Of a DNA stretch of 64,000 nt, positions 28,080 through 39,860 are shown in pieces (position 1 is the stretch's first letter; every line of letters begins with the position of its first letter). Under the pieces are notes generated by a model that was not told the origin of the DNA, searched no databases, and was given only the letters and a program-made list of their open reading frames with translations. This DNA comes from Nemertoderma westbladi (Eukaryota > Animalia > Xenacoelomorpha), in the NCBI GenBank assembly GCA_032718475.1, contig JAUCBJ010007778.1:8108-72107 (forward strand), read 5' to 3'. Position numbers and translations under genes: made by a program.

Positions 28080-30965
28080 TTCATTAGACAGACGTTCCAA
28101 TTTTTAATACCGTTGAAAATAGAAAGTATCAGATTCAAAGGATTTACAATTCGGGAGGTAGAAGTTTGAAGCACTAGCTCTGGTACTGTAAGAGTGTGTA
28201 TCGCGTACTCTGTTGAATTTTTGTTTTAGGTAATTGGGACATTTACAATTATACACTTTATGCCGCACATGGTTAAGGCGTAGCTGCTTAACTCTACTAT
28301 CTAAGTTAAGTAGTCCAGATTTAGAAAAGTCATCTGGAGTTAGGTGGTGCCGAGGTTTGTAGTCTTTAATAAATCGTACTACTTTATTCTGAGCTCTGTA
28401 CTTGTAATTTACATTCAAACTGTTTGGTTAAGCCTTCATACCAAGAAGAGCATGCATAGTCCATGTGACACTGTATTAAAGAAGAGCAAAGTAACTTGCG
28501 GGAGTCGGTGTTTAAACTATTTTTATTTCTGTATAGAAAACTAAGCCTACTGTTAACTTTCGAGAAAATATTTTTCACTGTACTTTCTCCTTGATCCTTA
28601 GCCGTTCATCCAATATGGCGCCTAAATATTTAACTTTCTCTTTATTTTCAATCTTATGTCCATTACTAGTGACTTCAAACTTAATTACCTTCTTCAACTT
28701 TCTTTTGGAACCAAACAAATTACTTTCAGTCTTACCGTAGTGAATGGATAGCTTATTATCAACCAACCACTCATTACAGGATTCTAGAGCTGCACTTAAC
28801 TTTTGGGAAATATGTATAGGATCTTTATGAGAGAAAATAAGAGCACTGTCGTCGGCATATAAAATGAGTTTAAAATCGGGATCTATACTACTTATCATAT
28901 CATTTGCATAGCATACAAAAAGCAGAGGACCTAATATACTACCTTGCGGTACACCACATATATATATATCATCTTTAATCCAGAAAATTTAAAATTATAA
29001 CTATTAACAGCAATAAAATAAATCTCCCATATCATAATCTAAAAATAATGCAACCTACAGTAGTATTAAGTAGCAGTAGCACAATTTGACAATAATATTT
29101 TCTAATTAAGTTGACAATTCTAAATCGCACATGGCCCGAATTCTAGAATATATATATATATAAGACTCATTATCGACACAGGTTACCAAACTACAGCTGG
29201 AGTTAATTATACGTGAATTTAAACTTGAAATTGAGCGGTACCTAATATGTATAAAACAACGAAGGTTATGAGCACCAAAGAATTCAGACATACTACTCCG
29301 GAAAAGGCATTTCAATGCATTGCAATGCAACGGTGTTAAGTATGCACGGAACAACATAACCTTAGTCGGTACAGAGCAGGCAGAAAACTTTCGAACGAGG
29401 GAGTTTCCTCTTGCATATAAACCTCTTACACTTCTTTATATCATAATCATCATCACAGGTATCATAAAAAATATGGCCTAAATAATTGTATGTATTGGTT
29501 CTTGGAATAACATGATCGTTTGGAAATAAAGATGCAAATGAATTTAACTTACAACCTGATGGAATTATATGCATAACTTTAGTTTTCTTTAAATTAAAAT
29601 GAATATTATGAGAGACAGCAAACGTGCACAACAATCCAAAAGGCGCTGTAACCCTAATGCAGAATTTGATATCAGACAAATATCGTCAGCATACAGTACA
29701 TGGCTCTGATATTATATTAATATCAATAATTAAATAATGTAAACAATAAGATATTATAGTGGTCGGTGCTTGTCCCAACAATTCAAATAACCCATCCTAT
29801 TCTTCTTGCTATAAAGTTCCAGTTCTTTGCAACTGTTTTTTATGTCCATCACCATTAACAGATTGCTTTGCTATTGGCCCTTCTGTCAGTCTGCCCTTCC
29901 TTCTTCCTTCATATATGTAGTCCAGGTGCCGGAAGAGGTGCTATCTAGATGCCTAGAATTACAGTACATTAAATGATTTAGACAGATACCATCTAGCATA
30001 CAACTAACATTACAAGCTACTAAACTACCTGATAAGTCATCCATATAGAGATTGAACAGATACGGAGACAAAAGATTTGGCACCATTTGATACTGAGAAT
30101 AACCTAGATAATGTAGAACCCCATTTGACCCTAATTGATTGATTTCTATACCAATAAGCAATGATACGCACACTGTAAATAGGAATATTTCTGGAAATAA
30201 GTTTCTGAAATAGTAAGTTATGATCGAGTCTATCAAATGCCTTCGAGGCATCACAAAAACAAATAATACTGGAGAGTTATTAGATATGTAGTAATTTATT
30301 ATTTCCTTTAGTGTATAAATGCACACCTCTGTACCACTACCTCGCTCAAACCCAAACTGATATTCACTTGTAATAATATGAGACTCAATACGAGATAATA
30401 TTATGTATTCAGATATCTTACTTATAATTGTAGCTATAGCAACCGGCCTGTAATTAGATTTCTCTTGAATACTAGACCATTCTTATCTTTAATCACGGGA
30501 ATTATCAAACTATGAATAATTCCCATATACATTATTTCGCATATACCCATGAAAAAGCATCGAGTTAAACAATAAAGCTAAGAAAACATTTAAACGGTGA
30601 CTATTACTATGTTTAAAATGTTCAGCTGCCAATTTATCTGGACCTGATGATTTATCGAAACTTAAGTTAGAAATTGCACCAACATTAATAATGCATCAAT
30701 ATCTTCATTATAAATACTACTGTTCGAATTAGAATTTAATAAATTGGAATATTCATCAGTAAACAGTTCACAAATATCTACACCACCTACTGCACCACTT
30801 ACTACATTTGGCAGTGGCACATTAACCTTACCCTGTTTTTGTACATCTTTCCAGAAAGTATTGTAATCCTTTTTTAGGATTGATAGGACCACAGGTAATA
30901 TCTTGTACAGTAGACTTCGATTTGCTAATGACTACAGTTTGACCTCTGTCTGACAGGTAGGACTT
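28080..30965 (-). mobile_element. Decayed L2/Crack-like LINE RT fragment split by a second LINE (pieces 30888-30965 and 28080-28958)
   Basis: FKSYLSDRGQTV...DITCG continues as VPQGSILGPLLF...LILYADDS...VKYLG...DYACSSWY once the insert is removed. Clade assignment is approximate. Confidence 0.8.
28959..30887 (-). mobile_element. Decayed 5'-truncated LINE (RTEX-like) with (TA)n tail, nested in the previous LINE
   Basis: MCIYTLKEIINYY, DASKAFDR, LSPYLFNLYMDDL, HLMY/ADDI and YNYLGH motifs. ACCACA is duplicated at 28953-28958 and 30888-30893. Confidence 0.75.
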
Positions 30966-31004
30966 GAAGGAGGAGCTTATACCACCCTGCAAGATGACGG
31001 GATC

Positions 31005-31146
31005 TGATGGAGACATTCTTCGGGCAAATAACGTTCAATCAGCTTGCCAACCCAGTGATATTCCCTATTTGGTTGTACAAGGTGACGGTATTCTTGCAGA
31101 GTATAATAACAATGATAACGCACTTCTATGGTCAACGAATACTTGA
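31005..31146 (+). pseudogene. Possible 3' fragment of a bulb-type (GNA-like) lectin domain
   Basis: YLVVQGDGILAEYNNNDNALLWSTNT* resembles the QxDxNxVxY...WSxNT repeat. Short and degenerate. Confidence 0.45.
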
Positions 31147-31659
31147 GGAATGTGCTTATGTAAGTTAGGATTAATATTTCTCTAGATAAAATCTTTCGTT
31201 TAATCTATCAAAGTCATGGCACACCTACTGATTTAAACATAAAACATACATACCTAGATGAATACTTTATTTAATAAATAATATGAATTTTGTGAAGGGA
31301 ATTAGTTATCTGCATATAAAGCTACTTACTGTAGTTCCTTGTGCTATTCGAAAACGACAGATAGATCGATACAAGACAACAACGTAAGAAGAATCAGTAT
31401 GCAGGTCGCAATAAACTGATCTTCAGAGAATGTCTGATGATGCCGGATAAATTCCATAACCTTGACAATTTATTTACTGCAGACCATGTCCCATTCAATT
31501 TCATGGGCCATAATTACCCTCATAAAGGTTATCTAATATATCCAGGCAACAGAAGTCTATTGCATGAAGATACGCAAGGCCACCCACCAACCATTGAACA
31601 CACTGATACTCATCCCCGCTGAGGGGAATCCGTATTTTTCACACTGAAGGCTCGTTAAG

Positions 31660-31880
31660 CCTAGGAATGCCTGTTCACCACCATGGGTGATCTTCCACAG
31701 TAAACCCTTCCACTCTGTTCTCCAAGTTGCCATTTATCGACCACTGAAGGATGAAAGCCAGAGTTGGACTAGGTTGCAGCATTTAAAGAACTGTGCCCAA
31801 ACAGTGCTGCCCCATCTAGGGATCGAACCAAGGCTTCCTAATTGGAAGCCCAGGAATTTCACAACTAGAACATGCTGCTG
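31660..31880 (-). mobile_element. tRNA-derived SINE, decayed
   Basis: On the minus strand: A-box-like TGTTCTAGTTG, B box GGTTCGATCCC (31829-31819), then CTTTCATCCTTCAGTGGTCGATAAATG, which resembles a conserved metazoan SINE central domain. Confidence 0.6.
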
Positions 31881-32190
31881 CTTGTATATATTATTTTTGC
31901 GTAAGTTATTTTAACTTTAATTCATAAATGAATCCCATAGTAAAATACGTACTCAAACGGAGCGCTATAGTGGCCAATGTTGACACAATAATAAACTACA
32001 TAGTGATTTGATATTGCGCAAATTCTAGAACCCTTTGCAATGGTGCAAATGCGACGCAGAAAGTAGGTATCTAGTTTGGTAATCCGCACTACAACGAATA
32101 TGAACAAACAGAGGTATATTTATGGTACCTAAAGCTAATCGTATGCTAATAGTAAGTATGCTAGTACTTGCCAATAACTCTAGGTATATT

Positions 32191-32838
32191 AAAAAACCGT
32201 CTCGTACACGTTCGTGGGGACTTCGCGCAGCACGTAGTCGGCAAGCCTTGGCATACGGTTCATATAGAGCAAATGGGGCATGTCTAGTTTGGACCCCATA
32301 TCCCATGCTATAAATGTATTCATTCGATATACAATCATATGTTAATCCGCTAGGTGGTGTCAAATTGTTATTCTGCAATTTCGTACTTACCAGTGCAGCA
32401 CTGTACAGCAGTACCGTACCGGTAGGCCTATGTCATTACTTCTGAGTCTCTAGCGGATCCCCAATTAAATGTCTTGACTTTTCAATTTCGTAAAAGATAG
32501 ACTTCATGATTCTCTACAGGCCACCAAAATTTCAGCTCAGGAAAATGAGGCCTTCCCGAGAAATTTAACATTTTCTAAAAACCACATAATCTGTCGTAGC
32601 TGACGTCAGACTGCATGATTTTTCACCAAACTTTAGAAACTTTCTAAACTTTCTCTCTACTACTTACCTACTAAGTTTGGTTCAATTCCGAACGAGCGAT
32701 GCCGAGAAATTCGCGTTCAAACATTTACCAGACAGACGGACAGACAGACAGACGGACAGACAGACAGACGGACATGCCCCATTTGCCCTATATGAACCGT
32801 ATGCAAAGGCTCGCCGACTACGTGTCTCGCCCCACAAT
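32191..32838. mobile_element. HINE/DINE-1-like non-autonomous element
   Basis: 54-bp subterminal inverted repeat (32231-32284 vs 32771-32824, 3 mismatches). (GACA/GACG)n microsatellite at 32729-32774. Confidence 0.7.
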
Positions 32839-33911
32839 TATTCAGTTAGGGAGGGGGCAGATAGGGAAGGAAAGGGAGCAATAAAATTCATCCCTTTCCA
32901 GGGGAAATTTGATGCAAATAACAGCTGATTACTCTGAAAAATAAAACTGTAACCTGTTGTACAGTATATTGTATTAAAATAAAGTGTGGGCCTACATAAA
33001 GAAATATACAGTATAAGAAGAAAGGGAAAATGCCGAAAGGGAAAAATTTATACAAAGGGAAACTGCGGTCCTCCCTGACAAATTTATTTTATTTCATTAA
33101 ATGCCGACGCTGCATACAGTAGTAGTATATGAAGCAGATTTCGGGCATATTTAGTGAAAACTGAAAAGGTAAGGAAATGGAACACATTTGGAAACATATA
33201 AGAATCGAGATTTCGACAAAAAAACATAAACACATAATTTATATGTCCCGCTAACGGAAAGGGAAAACATAATATTTTTATAAAATTTAAAATTTTTTAA
33301 TTTATATCGATGGTCGGACGGTGAATAGAACAGTATGGCGCAGGTGGTACTCAACTCTAATAATCCATCTGGCCATCAACACTCCACAAGATAACTTTTG
33401 CCAATGATATATTACTGTATAATGTTTATATACAGAGAAAAATTATAGTTAACATATTCAATATACAATCCTTTACAGAAACGAGGCTTTCTAACCACAA
33501 CATAGCCTACCCTTGCCTTGGCACGGGGCACCAATTTCCAGGCCAATTTTAATTGTTCGCTGCCCAGTTATGTACATGCAGTATAAATACCATTTTGCTG
33601 ATTACTACTAAGTATATTATAATGATAGCAGATGTCCAATAGATATAAACTGTAATTAGCCACCCACCTGTTCGGTTATGTGTGATGACTAATTAGTATA
33701 ACAAATAATATTATAATATAATAATTACAATACAATACATTATTATAGTGCACAACATCAGAAGCAGTAAAATATATATAATGTAAATGTTATACTGTAG
33801 GAACCAATAATATTTGTGTTGTTTTATTTGTTGTGAATATCACGTAGATAATAATATTTTATATAAAGTAAGATTCATTGAGGTTTCCAGGCAACTACCA
33901 AAGTCAACAAT

Positions 33912-35558
33912 ATGATTGGCGTCATTTTAATCTTAACGCAATTGCTATCGATAGTTCAAGCCTACAACATTCTGGTTTTACCTCAACTGTTGCCGCACAT
34001 TCATAAGAGCAGATGGCACAGACAACTCACCGTGATGGAAGCGTTGTTGGAACGCGGTCATAACATTACAGTACTTGTCAACGAAGATCATAAAGTTGAG
34101 GATATTTTATTACAGAGGGCGACAGTAAAGACATTCAATTGCTACAAATGCGTGGAGGAAATAGCCGGAGTAAACGGATCAATGAATGCAAAAAATGTTT
34201 TAGAGCGACGTCTAGTCGATCAGGCGTCACTGTTCTTAAATTCATCCACGTCAGGATTGCTGAGTCTTGTTATAAATGATATAATTCCTTCTTTTATAAA
34301 ACAAGACGTGGTGCCAATACAGCGGTTATTTGAGAATAACGAAGGTCTGATGAGAGAGTTAAAAAATGAAAGCTTTGATTTGGTAATTCAAGAATTGCAA
34401 TTGCAACCATTTGGTACATCTCTCGTGCTTACGGAATATTTTGAAAAACCATTCGTTCTTTTCGCTCCACCGTTGACTCAGCCATGGTTGTTCTCCAGTC
34501 TCAGAGTACCAATCATGCTATCATACACGCCAACAGATGTCTTACTCCCGAATTTTACCAACAATATGAATTTTTACGAGAGATTTATCAACGCTGTTGC
34601 TCATTACGTAGCTAGCATAGGCTACTGGGTTATTGAAAGTAGATTCGATGGTGTCCGCGCAAGTCTGGGTGTGTCCAATTTCGAAAGTATCTCTAACACA
34701 GTCCCGAAAGCGGAATTGGTTTTTCTTCAGATGTACCCGTTTATCGATTATCCGCTAGCGTTACCTCCAAACGTGATTGGTAACGGGGGTTACGCTGTTT
34801 CGAAACCCAAACCACTAGTTGGAAAATTTAAATTAATAGCTGATTCGGCTGTTAATGGTCTCGTTATATTTACATTCGGATCATACATGTCTCGTTTCTC
34901 GGAATATCACGGAGATATTTTCGCGAGAGCTCTAGCTAAATTAAACCAAACCGTAATCTGGAGATTTCAAGGGCAAGTTCCGAAATCGCTGGGTAGCAAC
35001 ACTCATCTGTTTCCTTGGATACCGCAGGTGGACTTATTGGCCCATTGCAACACACGGGGTTTTCTTACACACGGTGGGAGTAACGGAATGATGGAGGCTA
35101 TGACACATGGTGTTCCCATGGTAATTATACCTATCTGGTGGGATCAACCATCGAATGCTTTGAAATTGGAGAGCCATGGCTTCGGAGTACGACTCAATCC
35201 GCCTAATGATATCACAGAAAGTAAAATCATATCTGCACTGCACCAAATTATATACAACCCTAAGTATAGAAGCAATCTTATTAGAGCTTCTAATTTTTTG
35301 AAACCAGGTCCTAGGTCGGCATTAAACACGACTGTTTATTGGATAGAACATGTTTTAGAATATGGTTCAGATCATTTGAAGACACCAGCTACGAAACTAA
35401 GCTTTATTGAATATTATATGTTAGATGTCAATCTTATTTTAGGTGTTGTAATTTTGGTAATGGGTTTTTGTACCTATCGCCTGGTTTTGCGCGCTTTGTT
35501 ATTCATATCGGGAATATTTTGTGTAAGTGACTCTTATTTCAAGGAGAAACTGTTGTAG
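33912..35558 (+). CDS. UDP-glucuronosyl/glycosyltransferase (GT1), single coding exon, 548 aa
   Basis: Signal peptide, RGHNITV, UGT signature WIPQVDLLAH...FLTHGG.NG..EA..HGVPM...P...DQ, YWIEHV, C-terminal TM helix and KEKLL (KxKxx) ER-retrieval end. Confidence 0.96.
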   Translation: MIGVILILTQLLSIVQAYNILVLPQLLPHIHKSRWHRQLTVMEALLERGHNITVLVNEDHKVEDILLQRATVKTFNCYKCVEEIAGVNGSMNAKNVLERRLVDQASLFLNSSTSGLLSLVINDIIPSFIKQDVVPIQRLFENNEGLMRELKNESFDLVIQELQLQPFGTSLVLTEYFEKPFVLFAPPLTQPWLFSSLRVPIMLSYTPTDVLLPNFTNNMNFYERFINAVAHYVASIGYWVIESRFDGVRASLGVSNFESISNTVPKAELVFLQMYPFIDYPLALPPNVIGNGGYAVSKPKPLVGKFKLIADSAVNGLVIFTFGSYMSRFSEYHGDIFARALAKLNQTVIWRFQGQVPKSLGSNTHLFPWIPQVDLLAHCNTRGFLTHGGSNGMMEAMTHGVPMVIIPIWWDQPSNALKLESHGFGVRLNPPNDITESKIISALHQIIYNPKYRSNLIRASNFLKPGPRSALNTTVYWIEHVLEYGSDHLKTPATKLSFIEYYMLDVNLILGVVILVMGFCTYRLVLRALLFISGIFCVSDSYFKEKLL

Positions 35559-36482
35559 ATATTAATGTGGATTTCAGTGCATGTAATTAATTAGTGTATC
35601 GCCTAGTGAACAATCGTAAACTGACGGAACAATCATTAGCTTTGGTGGAATAGCGAATGGAGTTAAATCGGGATAAAATGATGATAGCTAGGTGTTCTTT
35701 GTACAACATTCCCAGTATCACTGTTATAAACCGGTAACCATAATGATGTACCACAATTCTATAAGATTTTACATTTTATACAATTATAGGCTACGGCAGA
35801 TTAAATATTGTATATTTTGTAAATACGTCAGCCTATTAAAATTAATAAGATCCCATCAATTCGCAGTTATCGAAGTTATCCAACACAATAATAAAGCAAA
35901 ATATTAAAATAATTACACCGGCTGTCAAATTTTGAACCTGTATTTCATATTTCTTATACTTGTCAACCAAAGCAATGGTACTTATGAAGTTATTTACGAT
36001 CATCTATTATTATCGATGGTATAATTACAGTAAAGATATACAGTTATCGGTAAGTCGGTAATAATAATATGATCTAAGCGAATGGACTATTAGTTATATG
36101 TCATTTTGTGTTTAATTGTATTTTAAATGTAAACTATGTTTGAAATATAAATGTTAAAAAATAAATATATTTAATTTCCAATAAATAAGAAATCACTAAT
36201 GGATAATGTCATTTAAACTGTGATTTAAAGTTACTTATGCTCATTCGATCAGACATTTCCTGAGGACTGTCGAAGTTAACTGTCAAAATTTTGGTCTTTT
36301 TGGAGTTACATCTTTGTATAGTGTTAGGTTGCACTTCTTGGGAACTGGGAGCAACTTATTCGTTCATACCCCCCCCCCCCCGATAAAGTTAAACAAAGTT
36401 AGTTAGCAAGTAAGCGTATTTCAGGTTTAGAGGGTGGGCGGAGGAAGCAGAAAACCACAAAATCCGGAAGTGCCAGAAACTC

Positions 36483-36645
36483 ATGGACCGGGGCTACCTC
36501 TTCCACCCGGTAGCCTACGAGACCTTGGGCCGCTCCGGCCATGAAACATCTGAGTTCCTGAAAGAGATCGGGGCCAGGCTCCATTCTGCCAACCAGGAAC
36601 CTCGATCTCACCGCTTCCTCAAGCAGAGACAGACCATCGTTATCG
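36483..36645 (+). mobile_element. 3' fragment of a restriction-like-endonuclease (CRE-like) non-LTR retrotransposon
   Basis: FHPVAYETLG...FLKEIGARL...FLKQR resembles the C-terminus of CRE-type ORFs. Locally GC-rich patch. Confidence 0.5.
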
Positions 36646-37479
36646 TGGGCGGATCCATGAATTGGCTGCTAAGGGGGGGGGGGGGGGGGGGGTGCTGACA
36701 GTTTGAGCCTGAGGAAGTCCATAATCAGGGGTCTGGGGTCACAGCCCTCAGCAGGATTTAGGTTGTGGGTGGAGCCCCGGTTGTAGGCGGAGATATACTG
36801 TAGTATGGGTATGGTATGTCGTAGTCCCTCCCACTCCCGCCCGGTCCCAATAAATTTTGAAATTATTTATCATTATGTTTTTTTATTATTTAGTTTAAAA
36901 TTTAGTTAAAAATTGAACAAAATTCATTTAATTTTTTTAAATTCAGTAAACTAATAATATTTTTTCGATTTATTAGCCGTATTACTTTATTGTGAAAAAG
37001 AGAAATAACTTTATTTAGTTAACTCCAAGTAATTGATGAGTCAAAAAATATAATTTATATAAGTAGTGTCAACCGACGAATCCTTTATGGGCAAAGCAAT
37101 CTATAACTTTCCCCGAAGCAGTGGGTTACCCTTACACGATCACGATGTACAGTAGGCCTAGGGCAGAATGGGACGAAGGTCCATATTGTTAGATTAAGGA
37201 ATATGATCAGGGATATATTATTATTATAAGCAAAACAATAAACTAGAGTAATTAGCACAGGTTACAGATAAGATGTAATAACATGGTGGAAGGTTGCTGA
37301 TTCTGAGAACTAATGATGAGTATCCGCTTGCACTAAGGTGCAGTACCGGGCATTCCCAGCAAAATAGCGCCCCCAGATCTCAAGATCAGTCAAACACTTT
37401 ACCAGTTCATCCATATCAGCCTATTACTGTATAAACTCCTGTGTCCTTAAGCAAGCTGTACACATCACAAACATCACGT

Positions 37480-38100
37480 CTACGCAAGTTCCAAATTCTA
37501 CATATGGAATGGATTTCCAATAGGATCAGTTTATGACGGTTCCACAACCTTTGTATCCTCTACTTATGGAGATACAGACCCATTCGAGGTAATCTGCTAT
37601 CTTGGGTGTCTTCTTCATTATCGAGGCGGACTATGTGCTGCAGACATCTCTCGACATTCTGTTCGGGTAGTATTATGTTTACCATCACGTGGCCGAGGTC
37701 ATGTCCCCAGCAGTGCTAACCGATCTTGAGTTTGCTGATGATTTAGGTTTACTATAAGACACATTGGAAGGAGCGTAGACGTTGTTAACTAGCTTAGAGA
37801 AGGCTGCATCCAGTGTTGGTACAGTATCTTTCTAGACCAAAATTCTGACAGTAAACATAGACTCAGACAAACAGAAAATTGATTGTGATATTAAATCGCT
37901 GGATAAACTGATAACGTGGAAGACCTGTGATATCTCATGCTCTATAACGGTATTAAGGTTTGCCTTTTCTATGCAGCAGTTGAGCCATTGCTGCTCTATG
38001 ACAGCCCATGTTTAGCTCTAATTACTGAAGTGATTTTACAGAACTTACTACACCAGGTTTCTGTTGTTACATACAGTATACCAGGATGCTGCGCTGCGCA
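37480..38100 (+). mobile_element. Highly decayed RTE-like LINE RT fragment
   Basis: LTDLEFADDLGLL (about 37716-37755) and LFYAAVEPLLLY, with many stops and frameshifts. Confidence 0.6.
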
Positions 38101-38119
38101 GGGTGTACAATGTACAATG

Positions 38120-39860
38120 ATGGAGGAAACTGGAGGCGGATAGGGTCGAGGAGAGGAGACTAGATGAGGTCGCCAGGAGAGAGAGAAGGGAGGCAGCGGA
38201 CAGAGAGGCAGATATAAGGGGAGAGGAGTATGAGTTCGAAGCCCAGGATTTGGACGAGCTGAGGTGGGGATCGGTGACCTTGGACGAGTTTCGGCTGGGG
38301 GACGAACTGGGTTGGATGGAAGAAACACCGACACAGTCAACATCGGGGTTGCAAAGAATGCCCATGCCAGCAGGCTCTGAGGGCGACATCGGAAGGAAGA
38401 GACCGTGGGAGGTAGAAGGGTGGAAGGCTATGGGCGGATACCAGGGCGGAAAGTGACACGGTGGATTAACTGGGCTCCCGGGTTTGGATCCGCTCCCAGC
38501 AGGGGAAGAGGAAGAGGACGAGTTTGGGGTGATGCCACCGATAGAAGGGATTGCGCCCCCGGCAAGGGAAGAGGAGGAGGACGAGTTCGGGGCGGTAGCA
38601 AGGATCAGCCACTCAGACACGGACTGGGTGGATGGGAGAATGGTGATGGCCAGCGGGAGGTGAGCCTTCTGGGACAAACCCGGTAAGTGGACCTGGGAGC
38701 ACGGGGAGCCGGCAATGGACTTTGCGGCGAGTACAATCCAGCTGGGCGAGCAACTGGGGACGGCACCATGAGTAGTGTTTGGAGAAACGATGCCGAGGGT
38801 GGAGGAGGACATCGATATGGGTAGGGAAGGCAACGTCCAGTTGTTTACCTACCAGCGGCTCCATAGACCCAGGAGGCCACGCAGAGCCAAGGACGACTTA
38901 GGGCGGGAGACAATGATGCACGGTTGCGATTACTGTGGGAGATTAACCCATCAGCAAAAGAACTGTCTATACCGTTACCAGAAGGGGACGGTGTATCTTT
39001 ACTGCCGCAAGTCTACACACAAGATGGGTGCGTGTCCGAGGTTGCACAACAGATGTTCGAAGTGCAAATTTAGAGGGCACCTTGAGTGCCAGTGCGACTG
39101 GATGGACGATGAGGAGAAATTCCGCATTTTCGAGGAGTGGGCCGACGTCGGAGTCATGACACGACAAAGGATGAAGGCCCAGGAGTTCCGGTGGGGTTTC
39201 TTCAACATTAATATAGAAGCCCACCAGCAGATCACCAAGAGGAGACTACCATTCACGTATCAGGAGGTAACGACAGCGGCATCATACGGAGGGGTCATCA
39301 ACACCCAAAGATATCTGGACAGATGGTCACCAGAAAATAGGATCGAATTCAGGGATTTTCTGGCAGAACATGTGCCGCGTGCGATGAAGATGATCTTGTG
39401 GGACGCTACCAGAGGGAGACAGGAGGGACACTCAGTGGGACCACATGCAAAGCGATACCAGGAGTTAATAACACCAGTACCCAAAGAACCAACAACGGGG
39501 CTTGGTAAGACTGTATCAGCGAGGATGAGTAGCCTCAAGGGTAAACAGGAAGGGAGGAAGCGGCCCAGACAGGATGACGATAGGGGCAAGGAACGTAGAT
39601 GGTTCCCGGAGGGTTCGGGAGGAGCAATGTATAACTCCAAGACAGGGAATGTCAATGTGCCTGGAAGGCACCACATGGACACACCAGTACAAACTCCTAA
39701 GTGCAATTTAATTAAGTGCAATTAGTATGTACGTACATAAATAATCAATATACACATATATATCCAATATATAATCAGTATTTACCTATCATTGTCGAAT
39801 ATAACCTTTTCCAATTAGCTACTGGGACTGGGGACTAATTGACTGAAGCAGGAGGACGAG
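38120..39860 (+). pseudogene. Fragment of a BEL/Pao-related element: extra ORF with three CCHC zinc knuckles (one frame about 38121-39725, three in-frame TGA) plus downstream conserved block
   Basis: Homologous to 46220-47400(-). Shared QSTSGLQ.MP.PAG, HSDTDWV.GR, VFGETMP, MKMILWDATRGRQ.GHS.GP.AKRY..LITPVPKEPTTG and non-coding CAATTAGCTACTGGGACTGGGG. Confidence 0.8.

Noticed and set aside
31800-31880. tRNA gene
   Set aside because: A B box is present but I could not form a cloverleaf, and it runs into a SINE-like body.
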